Below the pieces are notes generated by a model that had not been told where the DNA came from, ran no database searches, and was given only the letters and a program-made list of their open reading frames with translations. From IMG/VR virus record IMGVR_UViG_3300028840_008157: a stretch of DNA of 64,000 bases. One strand, 5' to 3'. This DNA is from a virus (Duplodnaviria > Heunggongvirae > Uroviricota > Caudoviricetes). Both the position numbers and the translations under genes were made by a program. Shown here piece after piece: positions 1 to 7,813 of this stretch (position 1 is the stretch's first letter; each line of letters opens with the position of its first letter).

Positions 1-6
1 AACGAC

Positions 7-276
7 ATGAGTAACTGGGGCTTGGTTTCGTTCGTCATGGGGCTGGTCATGGTCCCGATCTGCGTCGGCCTGTCCTGCTGGGCCGACAACGGGGCGTTCA
101 TGCTCCTGTACCCCGCCGTCATGGGCGCGATGCTCTGCCTGTGGGTCAGGTCGTTCCAGTCGGGGGGCTTTCGGGTCGTCAAGGCTGGCTCGTCCTACGG
201 GCGCGGCCCCCGCTGGCGATACCCGTACAGGTACAAGGCGATCAAGGCCGTCGTGAGACGCTGCCAGCCCAGGTAG
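7..276 (+). CDS. small membrane protein, hypothetical
   Basis: ATG ORF with two hydrophobic segments and a basic tail. Confidence 0.55.
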   Translation: MSNWGLVSFVMGLVMVPICVGLSCWADNGAFMLLYPAVMGAMLCLWVRSFQSGGFRVVKAGSSYGRGPRWRYPYRYKAIKAVVRRCQPR

Positions 277-328
277 GCCGAAGGCCCGTCCTTGGGGTTG
301 GATTCGGGGGAGAACAAAGGAGACAAGC

Positions 329-616
329 ATGAGCTACGCCGATCAATGCCGCATCGACTCCATTCGCCGCGCCGTTCGCCGCCAGCGGTTGCTGGATACG
401 CCGCGAACGACCGTCTTCAGCGAGGGGCAGGTCGAGGAGGTCGTCATTCGCGACGGCATCCCGTCCGTCCAGCCCGCGTTCGACGCCGAGGGCAAGCCCG
501 TCCTGAGCCGGTCCAAGGGGACCGAGGGGGACACCCGCCGCGACGAGCTGGCCGCCGAGCGCGAGGGGTTCGAGTACCGCCTCAAGCGCGTCGTCGAACG
601 CCGCAAGGCGAGCTAA
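329..616 (+). CDS. hypothetical protein
   Basis: AAGGAG SD before ATG; GC3-rich codons. Confidence 0.7.
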   Translation: MSYADQCRIDSIRRAVRRQRLLDTPRTTVFSEGQVEEVVIRDGIPSVQPAFDAEGKPVLSRSKGTEGDTRRDELAAEREGFEYRLKRVVERRKAS

Positions 617-735
617 CGATCTTTCTGAGGGGAGCGGGGGCCGCCCCTACCGGAGGGGCGGATCATCCCCCGCGACGGCCAGGCCGGCCGAAGGCCCGGC
701 CTTGAGGCCGAACCGAGGGGGAAAGGAGATCAACG

Positions 736-948
736 ATGGCGAAGGCGAACGAGAAGAAGAAGACGAACGAGGCGCGCAAGAAGAACCGCCGCGCCGCCGC
801 CTGCCGCGAGAGCTTCATGCGTGGTTTCGCGCGCAAGAAGAAGAACTACGCCAAGGACGCGGCGGCATGGGCCGCGAAGTCCGAGGGCCGCAAGGTCGCC
901 GAATTCCCCGTCCCCGCTCCGGCGGACAAGCTCGCCTTCAAGGGCTGA
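736..948 (+). CDS. small basic (K/R/A-rich) protein
   Basis: AAGGAG SD; 70 aa; followed by a terminator hairpin. Confidence 0.7.
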   Translation: MAKANEKKKTNEARKKNRRAAACRESFMRGFARKKKNYAKDAAAWAAKSEGRKVAEFPVPAPADKLAFKG

Positions 949-1003
949 CCTTACGCCTGCCTGGTCCCCCACCCCCGCACGGCGGAGGGCGGCCAGGCGG
1001 GCC
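880..1003. repeat. about 124-bp dispersed repeat, copy 1 (copy 2 at about 39440-39563)
   Basis: tccgagggccgcaaggtcgccga...ggcggagggcg is near-identical at both sites, in the same orientation. Confidence 0.9.
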
Positions 1004-1022
1004 GAAGGCCCGCTTTCTTTTC
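997..1022 (+). terminator. intrinsic terminator
   Basis: GCGGGCC-GAA-GGCCCGC hairpin followed by TTTCTTTTT. Confidence 0.75.
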
Positions 1023-1096
1023 GCCTGGCGACGCGTTTCCTACACGGTCATGCCAGGCGGGGCGAAGGCCCGCCCTTGGGGGCGAAAGGGGAAGAG

Positions 1097-1309
1097 ATGA
1101 GATACTACTGCCTGATGGCCCTGCTGCTCGCCGCGTTCGTGACCGTCCCCGCGCTGGCCCTGACGATGGGCTGGCCCTCATTGGACTTCGCCTTTGGCAC
1201 GGTCATCGGGACGGGCGTCCTCATCCCGTTCGGGATGTGGCTCAAGAAGGAGCAGGACGATTGGGTCGCCGAGCACGTGAATGCCCCCCGAGGGCGGTCG
1301 AGCTTGTAG
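1097..1309 (+). CDS. small two-TM membrane protein
   Basis: MRYYCLMALLLAAFVTVP...; purine-rich SD; two hydrophobic stretches. Confidence 0.6.
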   Translation: MRYYCLMALLLAAFVTVPALALTMGWPSLDFAFGTVIGTGVLIPFGMWLKKEQDDWVAEHVNAPRGRSSL

Positions 1310-1356
1310 AGATCGAGTGATCTCGCTCCCGCCCTCGGGCCCCCAACTAACGCCGA

Positions 1357-1382
1357 CCCTCCCGCAAGGGAGGGTTTTTTAT
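1357..1382 (+). terminator. intrinsic terminator
   Basis: ACCCTCCC-GCAA-GGGAGGGT followed by a T-tract. Confidence 0.8.
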
Positions 1383-1732
1383 TACGAAAAAATATAATGA
1401 GAACAGCCCATAGCGCGAAAGGCACAGCCCCCCCCGGTATCCCCGGCCGGGCAAATTTTGGTCCCATCCGGCCGGGTGGCTCATGGGGGAGCCCCTCGGG
1501 ATTGGTGATTGACGCCATGGTATGGGGGTCGGGGGTTTGGTGTTTTCCTGATGGCCCCGTGGGGTCCGGAATGGGACTCCTGGCCGGGTTTGGCGATTGA
1601 CGGGTATCCCGTCCATGGGGGGATTTTGGCGTCCGTCCTTGGGCCGGTCGCCGGCATGGGTTTTCAGGAGGTGACCGATGGGGAAGCGAGTTGGACGGAT
1701 GAATCCCCCGACTCGGGCGCTGCGCGCCCTCG

Positions 1733-2515
1733 TCATGGGGATGGACGAGGCGGGGCTGCGGGCGCTCCTGGGGGACGACGGGTTCGGGAGGCTGGCCCGG
1801 GCGGGCCGGCGGGCGGCGCGGATGGCGCTCGCCGGTTGCCGTCGAGCCAATCGTGCCAGGACATGTCCAGGCCGGCTCCCTTGAGGTACGACTCCCATGG
1901 GGGGATGGTCAGGTTGGCCGACGCCTCGACGTCGTCGGCGAGCCCGGACCATAGGTCGTCGTGGACGTCCCGGCGTTTCTGGAGCGCGGCGACGAGGTAG
2001 TCGTTCATGAGCGCCCTCATCTCCGGTCCCGTGTCCATGCGGCGGAAGGCGTCCCGGGCTCTTCCGGAGACCTCCGACCCCGTTCGGGCGTCCGTCCTGA
2101 GGAGCGCGAAGACCGCCTTCTGGGCGCGGGCCCTGAGGTACGAGTGGGCCGTCGCCCGGAGGCGTTCCCGGAGGCGTTCCCGGACGAGGACGTCGTGGTC
2201 CTGAAGGACGCGCAGCCACGTCGGGGTCAGGAACCACCCGCAGGCCAGGTGGTACTGGGTAGAGCTGCGGCGCCAGATGGCGTTCCGCGCCAAGGAGAGC
2301 TGGTGCATCAGCTCGCCTTTGATGAGGGTTTGCCTGCGGGACGTCCTCCTCGTCCTCCTCACGGCCGACTCGCTGAGCCCGACGCCGGACAGGTACCGGC
2401 CCCAGGGCGGGGTCGCGAAGCGGCCCCTGACCAGGCCGGCCCGGTAGACCGCGTCGGAGTCGCGGACGCGGGCCAGGAAGCCCTCCCATAGGACCTCGTG
2501 GATGAGGTTATCCAT
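1733..2515 (-). CDS. hypothetical protein
   Basis: 260-aa ORF overlapping the end of the upstream gene. Confidence 0.55.
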   Translation of the reverse strand: MDNLIHEVLWEGFLARVRDSDAVYRAGLVRGRFATPPWGRYLSGVGLSESAVRRTRRTSRRQTLIKGELMHQLSLARNAIWRRSSTQYHLACGWFLTPTWLRVLQDHDVLVRERLRERLRATAHSYLRARAQKAVFALLRTDARTGSEVSGRARDAFRRMDTGPEMRALMNDYLVAALQKRRDVHDDLWSGLADDVEASANLTIPPWESYLKGAGLDMSWHDWLDGNRRAPSAPPAGPPGPASRTRRPPGAPAAPPRPSP

Positions 2516-2732
2516 CGCGGGGGACGTCCTGGTTTTGCTCGAGCCTGTCGGCGGTCTCGCGCATGGCCTTGACGATGTCCTCGCGCCGGGCGTTGCTGAC
2601 GTACTGGCAGAGGCCGGGGTCGTCGAAGAGGACGAGGAAGAAGAGGGTCCCCTTGGGGGTTCGCTTGGAGACGTCCCGGGCCAGCCCGTTCAGCAGGTCG
2701 CGGAGCTGGGGCTCGGTCATGTTCTTGAGCAT
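2508..2732 (-). CDS. hypothetical phage protein
   Basis: AAGGAG SD; FFLVLFDD...QYVSNARREDIVKAM. Confidence 0.65.
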   Translation of the reverse strand: MLKNMTEPQLRDLLNGLARDVSKRTPKGTLFFLVLFDDPGLCQYVSNARREDIVKAMRETADRLEQNQDVPRDG

Positions 2733-2925
2733 TTACGGGCTCCTTTTCGTCAGGGCGGGCGGATTGACGGCCCATGAGTGCCAGCCCCCCCACTCGATCA
2801 CCACGGCGGTGAGGAACGAGTCGCAGTTCCATCCCACCATGGGTCTCCACGACAAGCCCAGGGACTCGGCCATCGAGGATATCCTCGCGTCCCCTGAGGA
2901 CGCGCTTGACGTTGTTCATGTCGGT

Positions 2926-4212
2926 TCACGCCTTCATGTTGTGAACGGGCTTGATCCTGGCGACGATCCTGGCCGTCGGGGCGATGGCCTCCTCGATGAC
3001 CCTGGCGTCCTTGTAGGCGCCGGGGGCCTCGTCGAGGGGGACGTTGGTGGTGAAGACGCCGGCCTGGCGCATCTGGTCCTGGGCGTCCCTGAGGGAGAGC
3101 TGCTTCCTGGCCTTGGTCCGCGACAGCACGCGGCCGGCGCCGTGGGGGGCGGAGTGGTTCCACTCGGGGTTGGAGCGGCCCTCGCAGATCAGGATGCCGT
3201 CGCGCATGTTGAAGGGGATGACCATGCGCTCGCCCCGGTAGGAGCGGATGGCGCCCTTGCGGATGGTCATGTCGTCGAAGTCGATGAGGTTGTGGACGGA
3301 GGCGACGCGGTCCCGCTCGGTGGCGCCGAGGGCGGCCAGGACGTGCCCGATGATGACCTCGCGGTTCCAGTCGGCGTAGGCCTGGGCGAAGGCCATGTCG
3401 AGCATGTAGCCGGTCGCGTCGTCGCCGGTCAGGAACTCGAGGTGCTCGGGGACGCTGGCCCGCTCGGCGTCGCGCCTGGCCTTGAGGGCGTCGATCCGGG
3501 CCCTGCGCTCGCGGCCCATGCATTCCTTCTTGATCCTGGCCACCTCGGCCTTGAAGTCCGCCTTGGAGCCGCCCTGGGTCCTCTTCTTGGCGAGGCCCTG
3601 CCAGTAGTTGGCGACGCGGAGGCCGAGGTTTCGTGATCCGGTGTGGACGGTGACCCAGGCGTTGCCGTCGTCGTCCCTGCCGATCTCGACGAAGTGGTTG
3701 CCGCCTCCCAGGGAGCCGACGCTTCGGAGGACCTTGGTCGGGTCGGAGCCGACGCGCTCGCAGGTGGACAGGAACTCGTCGGCGGGGGACATGGCGACTC
3801 CGGCGTCGGCCCCGAAGAGGGCCTGGATCCTGGCCTTGTGGGACCTGAAGCGCTCCCAGGGGAAGGCGTCGATGGAGACGATCTTGGAGGGGTTGATCTC
3901 GAAGCCCATGGGGACGAGTCGGCGGACGCGGTGGTCGAGCATCTCGTGGTCGGGGAGGTCGGCCTTGCCGAGGTTGACGGAGCACACGCCGCAGCCGACG
4001 TCGACGCCGACGACGTTGGGGATGACCTTGTCGGTCAGCCTCATGGTGAAGCCGATGACGGAGCCCTTCCCGGCGTGGGTGTCGGGCATGATGGCGACGG
4101 GCTCGGAGAAGGCCTCGTGGTCGAGGAAGGTCTTGATCTGGTCGATGCATTCCGGCTCGACCTGGTCGATCATGACCTTGGCGGTCCCGTGTTTTCCCTT
4201 GAGCGTGATCAT
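2926..4212 (-). CDS. rtcB: RtcB family RNA ligase (tRNA repair)
   Basis: Start MITLKGKHG; motifs MPDTHAGKG, VGVDVGCG, GSLGGGNHFVE, HTGSRNLG, HNLID, IPFNM, SAPHGAGR, DEAPGAYK. Confidence 0.95.
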   Translation of the reverse strand: MITLKGKHGTAKVMIDQVEPECIDQIKTFLDHEAFSEPVAIMPDTHAGKGSVIGFTMRLTDKVIPNVVGVDVGCGVCSVNLGKADLPDHEMLDHRVRRLVPMGFEINPSKIVSIDAFPWERFRSHKARIQALFGADAGVAMSPADEFLSTCERVGSDPTKVLRSVGSLGGGNHFVEIGRDDDGNAWVTVHTGSRNLGLRVANYWQGLAKKRTQGGSKADFKAEVARIKKECMGRERRARIDALKARRDAERASVPEHLEFLTGDDATGYMLDMAFAQAYADWNREVIIGHVLAALGATERDRVASVHNLIDFDDMTIRKGAIRSYRGERMVIPFNMRDGILICEGRSNPEWNHSAPHGAGRVLSRTKARKQLSLRDAQDQMRQAGVFTTNVPLDEAPGAYKDARVIEEAIAPTARIVARIKPVHNMKA

Positions 4213-4610
4213 GGATGCTTCCTCCCCGCTTCGATCATGGCGGCCAGGTGCAGGAGGCACGCTTGCAGGTGGCGTCCGATGGGCGTCCTGACGTCGATGG
4301 CAACGGACGATCCCCGGCCCGCGGCCCGCTTCCTGCGCTCCCGAAGCGCTTGCAGGTGGCGCTCGACGGGCGTCCTGATGCCGATGGCGACGGACGATCC
4401 CCGGCGACCCGTGGCCAGTTTCCTGCGCTCCCGAATGGCCCTCAGCCGCTCGTCCCTCGTGACGACCTCGAAGCCCCGCAGGGGGAGTCGCAGGACGGGA
4501 TCCAGGACGGACCTCGCCCTGGCCTTCGGGTACCACGCGACCTTGCGCGAGATCGCCTCGTCGGCCCGCACCGCGCCGTCCAGAAGGAGGTCGATCGGTT
4601 TCCTGCTCAT
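4209..4610 (-). CDS. basic hypothetical protein with an internal 29-30 aa tandem duplication
   Basis: GGAG SD; RERRK..GRxGSSVAIxxRTPxxRHLQA occurs twice; stop overlaps the rtcB start. Confidence 0.6.
   Translation of the reverse strand: MSRKPIDLLLDGAVRADEAISRKVAWYPKARARSVLDPVLRLPLRGFEVVTRDERLRAIRERRKLATGRRGSSVAIGIRTPVERHLQALRERRKRAAGRGSSVAIDVRTPIGRHLQACLLHLAAMIEAGRKHP
4261..4435. repeat. imperfect tandem repeat, 2 x about 87-90 bp
   Basis: gcttgcaggtggcg...cggacgatccccgg...ttcctgcgctcccgaa at 4261 and 4348. Confidence 0.85.
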
Positions 4611-4659
4611 GGCTTGCTCCTCCGAACGCGCCCGTCGGGCCTTCGTTTCACTCCCCCCA

Positions 4660-4688
4660 AGCCTAACCCCGAACCGCGTGCGTGTCAA
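4660..4688 (-). promoter_or_regulatory. sigma70-like promoter for the rtcB operon
   Basis: TTGACA-17nt-TAGGCT. Confidence 0.55.
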
Positions 4689-4772
4689 CCCTCGTCTCGT
4701 TTCCCTTTGTCGTGTAAGGGTTTAGGGTCCGAAACCAAAAAATCGCGAAAGCATGGATCGATGACCATTGAT

Positions 4773-4810
4773 CGTAGGACGTAGGACGTAGGTCGTAGGA
4801 CGATGGTCGT
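4773..4810. repeat. heptamer tandem repeat (CGTAGGW)n
   Basis: cgtagga cgtagga cgtaggt cgtagga cgatggt cgt in a divergent intergenic region. Confidence 0.75.
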
Positions 4811-4873
4811 GTGGGATTTTTAAGTGGATTGGGGGGTTTCCCGCGATAGGGTCGGGGGTCAGGAGGAGACGAC

Positions 4874-5155
4874 ATGTGGGACGCATCGTGTTGGGGGCGC
4901 ACGACGCGACCCCCGAGGGGCAGGCGCTACATCCACTTCGACATGTTGGACCTGAACGACTGCAACGTGTCCTCGGGCTACGCGCTCGACGTCTCCTGCT
5001 TCCTGCCGAACCGGTCCGGGCGGCAGTACAAGATGACCGTCAGGCGGTGCGTCATCGACTTCCCCCTGGGGAGGTCGTCCATGGACCGGATCGAGGCCGA
5101 GGCGGCGAGGAGGGACGTCATGCAGGCCACCATCCTGGGGATCGACGATGACTAG
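4874..5155 (+). CDS. hypothetical protein
   Basis: AGGAGGAG SD before ATG. Confidence 0.6.
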   Translation: MWDASCWGRTTRPPRGRRYIHFDMLDLNDCNVSSGYALDVSCFLPNRSGRQYKMTVRRCVIDFPLGRSSMDRIEAEAARRDVMQATILGIDDD

Positions 5156-5169
5156 GTTGGCGTTGGCGT

Positions 5170-5607
5170 TCATCCTGCTGCTGGCCGGCTGCGGCGGCCG
5201 GCCCGCTCGCGAGACGGGCGGCGTGGACCCCGAGGTCTGGCGCCCGGACGTGAGCGAGGGGGAGGCGCGGGATCGGTGGGGGCGCTTGTTGCCTCCGCCT
5301 CGGCCCTGATCACGAATTCCTTCATGATGATCCTCATGGTCATCGACTCGACGGCGAGCCAGACGGCCTCGTTCCTGCCGAAGGGGGACACGTGGTTGAT
5401 CCCGTCGTGTCGCTTGTAGGGGACGCGGAACGGCCCGGTTCCCTGGAGGGAGGTGGAGGGGAGGAAGAGGCCGTTGATGACGCGTCGGGCGATCTCCTGG
5501 ACGGGGTCGCGCCAGCCCTTCGGCCTGGCGATCCTGCGCATGATGGCCTTGTCGACGTCCTCGCAGAGGCGGTCGATCTCGAGCGACGGCTCGATGGGGT
5601 GGTTCAT
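5170..5607 (-). CDS. hypothetical protein
   Basis: MNHPIEPSL start, coupled to the upstream gene by ATGA. Confidence 0.5.
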   Translation of the reverse strand: MNHPIEPSLEIDRLCEDVDKAIMRRIARPKGWRDPVQEIARRVINGLFLPSTSLQGTGPFRVPYKRHDGINHVSPFGRNEAVWLAVESMTMRIIMKEFVIRAEAEATSAPTDPAPPPRSRPGARPRGPRRPSRERAGRRSRPAAG

Positions 5608-5876
5608 CGTTCGCGTCCCAGTCGTTCCACGCGTTGCCTGAGTTCCCACAGGTATAGTTCGAGCTCGCCGAGGGGCTTGTCGTTCATCCAGGCGAGGTTG
5701 GCGGCGTCGAAGAGGGCGGCGGCGCGCTCGTTGATCCACGGGGCCGGCCTGCCGTAGCAGAGGGTGGCGGAGCGCCGGTCGGGCGGGTAGGCGGTCAGGT
5801 CGGCGTACTGGAGGACCAGCGGGCCGGAGAGCCTGGGGTGCTGGTCGAACATCCTGACGTGGATGGGGATCCTCAT
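5604..5876 (-). CDS. hypothetical protein
   Basis: MRIPIHVRM start; ATGA overlaps on both sides. Confidence 0.55.
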   Translation of the reverse strand: MRIPIHVRMFDQHPRLSGPLVLQYADLTAYPPDRRSATLCYGRPAPWINERAAALFDAANLAWMNDKPLGELELYLWELRQRVERLGRER

Positions 5877-6076
5877 GGCTTGCCCTTGAACCTGAACGCC
5901 TCGGCGATGAGGTCGAGGGGCGCGCCCCTCCCGGGCGCGCCCCTCCATCGTTCCAGGGCCATTTCGATCCCCGGGATCACGAGGTGGAGCCTCAGTTCCC
6001 AGTCCGGGGCGGGCTCCCGCAGGGCGGGCTTGACGTATTTCCACGCCTTCCATTCGAGGCTCCTGTGGATCGTCAT
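5873..6076 (-). CDS. hypothetical protein
   Basis: MTIHRSLEW start; ATGA overlaps. Confidence 0.5.
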   Translation of the reverse strand: MTIHRSLEWKAWKYVKPALREPAPDWELRLHLVIPGIEMALERWRGAPGRGAPLDLIAEAFRFKGKP

Positions 6077-6354
6077 GGGCGCTCCAGTTCTTGGGCGATC
6101 GACGCCTCCCAGAGTCCGACCCCCTCCCATTGCTCGCGGAGGAAGTCGTTCCACGGCTGGTTTCCGGTGGCGTCGGTGGCGTCGGGATGGGACCTGAAGA
6201 GGGTGGTGGGGGGCATGACGGCGTCGCCGGCGACGGTGGCGGTGGCCTCCCATTGGGGATGGGCGGGGTCGGGGCGGTTGTCGAGGCCGCAGTAGACCCG
6301 GTAGGCCCTCTGGTCGTAGCGGTAGAATCCCTTTCGGAACCTGATGTTCCTCAT
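6073..6354 (-). CDS. hypothetical protein
   Basis: MRNIRFRKG start; ATGA overlaps. Confidence 0.55.
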   Translation of the reverse strand: MRNIRFRKGFYRYDQRAYRVYCGLDNRPDPAHPQWEATATVAGDAVMPPTTLFRSHPDATDATGNQPWNDFLREQWEGVGLWEASIAQELERP

Positions 6355-6572
6355 GTCGGGTTCTGCCGCTCCCTCCATGCCTCGTTAAGGGATTGGACTC
6401 CCTCATGCCCGGCTTCGTCGTAAAAGGCCGAGAAGAGCGTCGGCGAGATTCCGGACGCATCTCCGAACATCCACGAATTCATGACTGCGGGGTCGATGCG
6501 TTTCTCCATTTCGTCGTTCGCCTTGTTTTGCAACGTTCGACGCACGAAGTAAGGACACAATGGTTTCGTCAT
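6351..6572 (-). CDS. hypothetical protein
   Basis: AAGGAG SD; MTKPLCPYF start. Confidence 0.55.
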   Translation of the reverse strand: MTKPLCPYFVRRTLQNKANDEMEKRIDPAVMNSWMFGDASGISPTLFSAFYDEAGHEGVQSLNEAWRERQNPT

Positions 6573-6623
6573 GGCGCTGTCTCCTTCCCCGCAACGTACC
6601 ATGGGGACGAGGAATATTCAAGC

Positions 6624-6848
6624 CTATCGCGTTCTTGCTCGGGCTCTTCGAGTTCGCCATGCCTTTCTGGCGGCCTCCCCGCGCTTCCGCCTGGTCTCCC
6701 AGGCTTTCTCGGCGGCCTTGGAACCGGATTCGGGGTCGGCCTCCAGCCGGGTATCCCACGCCTTCTTGGCGGCCTTGATCCCGGCCTTCGGGTCCTTCTT
6801 CAGTCGCGTCTTCCACGCCTTCTCGGCGGCCTTGCGTTGGTCCCTCAT
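6624..6848 (-). CDS. small basic repeat protein (AAxKAWxTR x4)
   Basis: AAGGAG SD; promoter directly upstream; four copies of the motif. Confidence 0.75.
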   Translation of the reverse strand: MRDQRKAAEKAWKTRLKKDPKAGIKAAKKAWDTRLEADPESGSKAAEKAWETRRKRGEAARKAWRTRRARARTR

Positions 6849-6872
6849 GGTTTGTTTCTCCTTTCGACGTGT

Positions 6873-6900
6873 AGCATACCATGGATTACGTTCGTGTCAA
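6873..6900 (-). promoter_or_regulatory. sigma70-like promoter
   Basis: TTGACA-16nt-TATGCT with TGn extension. Confidence 0.6.
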
Positions 6901-6948
6901 ACGCCTGGGAGGCAGGCTTCGACCAACTTATTTTTTTTAAGGATTTGC

Positions 6949-6976
6949 TTGACTAGTCCTAGATGCGCGGTATGTT
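6949..6976 (+). promoter_or_regulatory. sigma70-like promoter for the RHH-helicase operon
   Basis: TTGACT-16nt-TATGTT, divergent from the 6873-6900 promoter. Confidence 0.55.
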
Positions 6977-7009
6977 TCTTCGTGGCGGCGAGAAAAAGGA
7001 GGAAGGACG

Positions 7010-7726
7010 ATGAAGAGGGACAAGAGGGACAAGATGGTCGCGTTCTCCGTCACGGGCGGGGAGAAGAAGGCGCTCGAGAAGATGGCGGAGGAGAAGGGAT
7101 TGAGCCTGGGAGCGTTCCTTCGTTCGCTGTGCGCGAAGGCCGGGCGCGACGACGAGTTCAACAGGCTGATGCGCGAGCGGCAGCCGGAATGGTTCTCGGA
7201 CTCCGCGACGGCCAAGAAGAAGAAGCTGCTGTCGATGCCTCGCGGAAGCGAGCGCCCGGTCCAGAAGAATCCGCTGGGGGCGGCGTTGTCGAACTACTCC
7301 GTCAAGACGTCCGCGTCGTACGACGCGGAGTTTGACCGGAAGATCAGGGCACGGCAGCCCCAGTGGTTCGTCAACACCGCCGAGGAGAACAAGAAGAAGC
7401 TGCTCGCCATGCCTGTAGGCTGCAAACGCCCGGCCAAGTCGACGAGACTTGGGGGCGCCCTGTCGAGGTACCTGTCGCCGAGTTCCGGGTCGTACGACCC
7501 GGAGTTCACCCGTATACTAACCGTTAGGCAGCCTGGCTGGGGAAAAACTCTGGTGATGCAGAAGGTCGGGCGCAAGCTGCGCGACGAGAAGCCGGAGAAG
7601 TTAGGCGAGATCAAGCCCGGCGCGGACCCCAAATTCTCCGACAAGATCGGACCGTGTGGCGGTCCCGGCTGGTATAAGAAACCAAGCAAGAAGACCAAGC
7701 CCAAGCAGAAAGGCAAGCGCAAGTAG
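7010..7726 (+). CDS. ribbon-helix-helix-like protein carrying 2-3 copies of a roughly 58-aa repeat
   Basis: N-terminus VAFSVTGGEKKALEKMAEEKGLSLGAFLRSL (RHH pattern); repeats LLxMPxG..LGxALxxY..YDxEF..RQPxW; AGGAGG SD. Confidence 0.8.
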   Translation: MKRDKRDKMVAFSVTGGEKKALEKMAEEKGLSLGAFLRSLCAKAGRDDEFNRLMRERQPEWFSDSATAKKKKLLSMPRGSERPVQKNPLGAALSNYSVKTSASYDAEFDRKIRARQPQWFVNTAEENKKKLLAMPVGCKRPAKSTRLGGALSRYLSPSSGSYDPEFTRILTVRQPGWGKTLVMQKVGRKLRDEKPEKLGEIKPGADPKFSDKIGPCGGPGWYKKPSKKTKPKQKGKRK

Positions 7727-7735
7727 GTTTTTCAT

Positions 7736-7795
7736 TGGACGCCGCGTGGCGTCCATGCTCCTGGGGCCGGGGAAAGCCGCCTCTCCCCGGCCCCA
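7736..7795 (+). other. two intergenic hairpins
   Basis: TGGACGCC-gcgt-GGCGTCCA and TGGGGCCGGGGA...TCCCCGGCCCCA. Confidence 0.6.
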
Positions 7796-7813
7796 ATTTG
7801 AAGGACGAGCGGA

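Noticed and set aside
4213-4536. 108-aa N-terminal extension of RtcB given in the ORF track
   Set aside because: RtcB homology starts at MITLKG (4212), which is ATGA-coupled to a separate upstream ORF.
4261-4810. CRISPR array
   Set aside because: The repeats are a coding duplication and a spacer-less heptamer run. No repeat-spacer periodicity or cas genes were seen.
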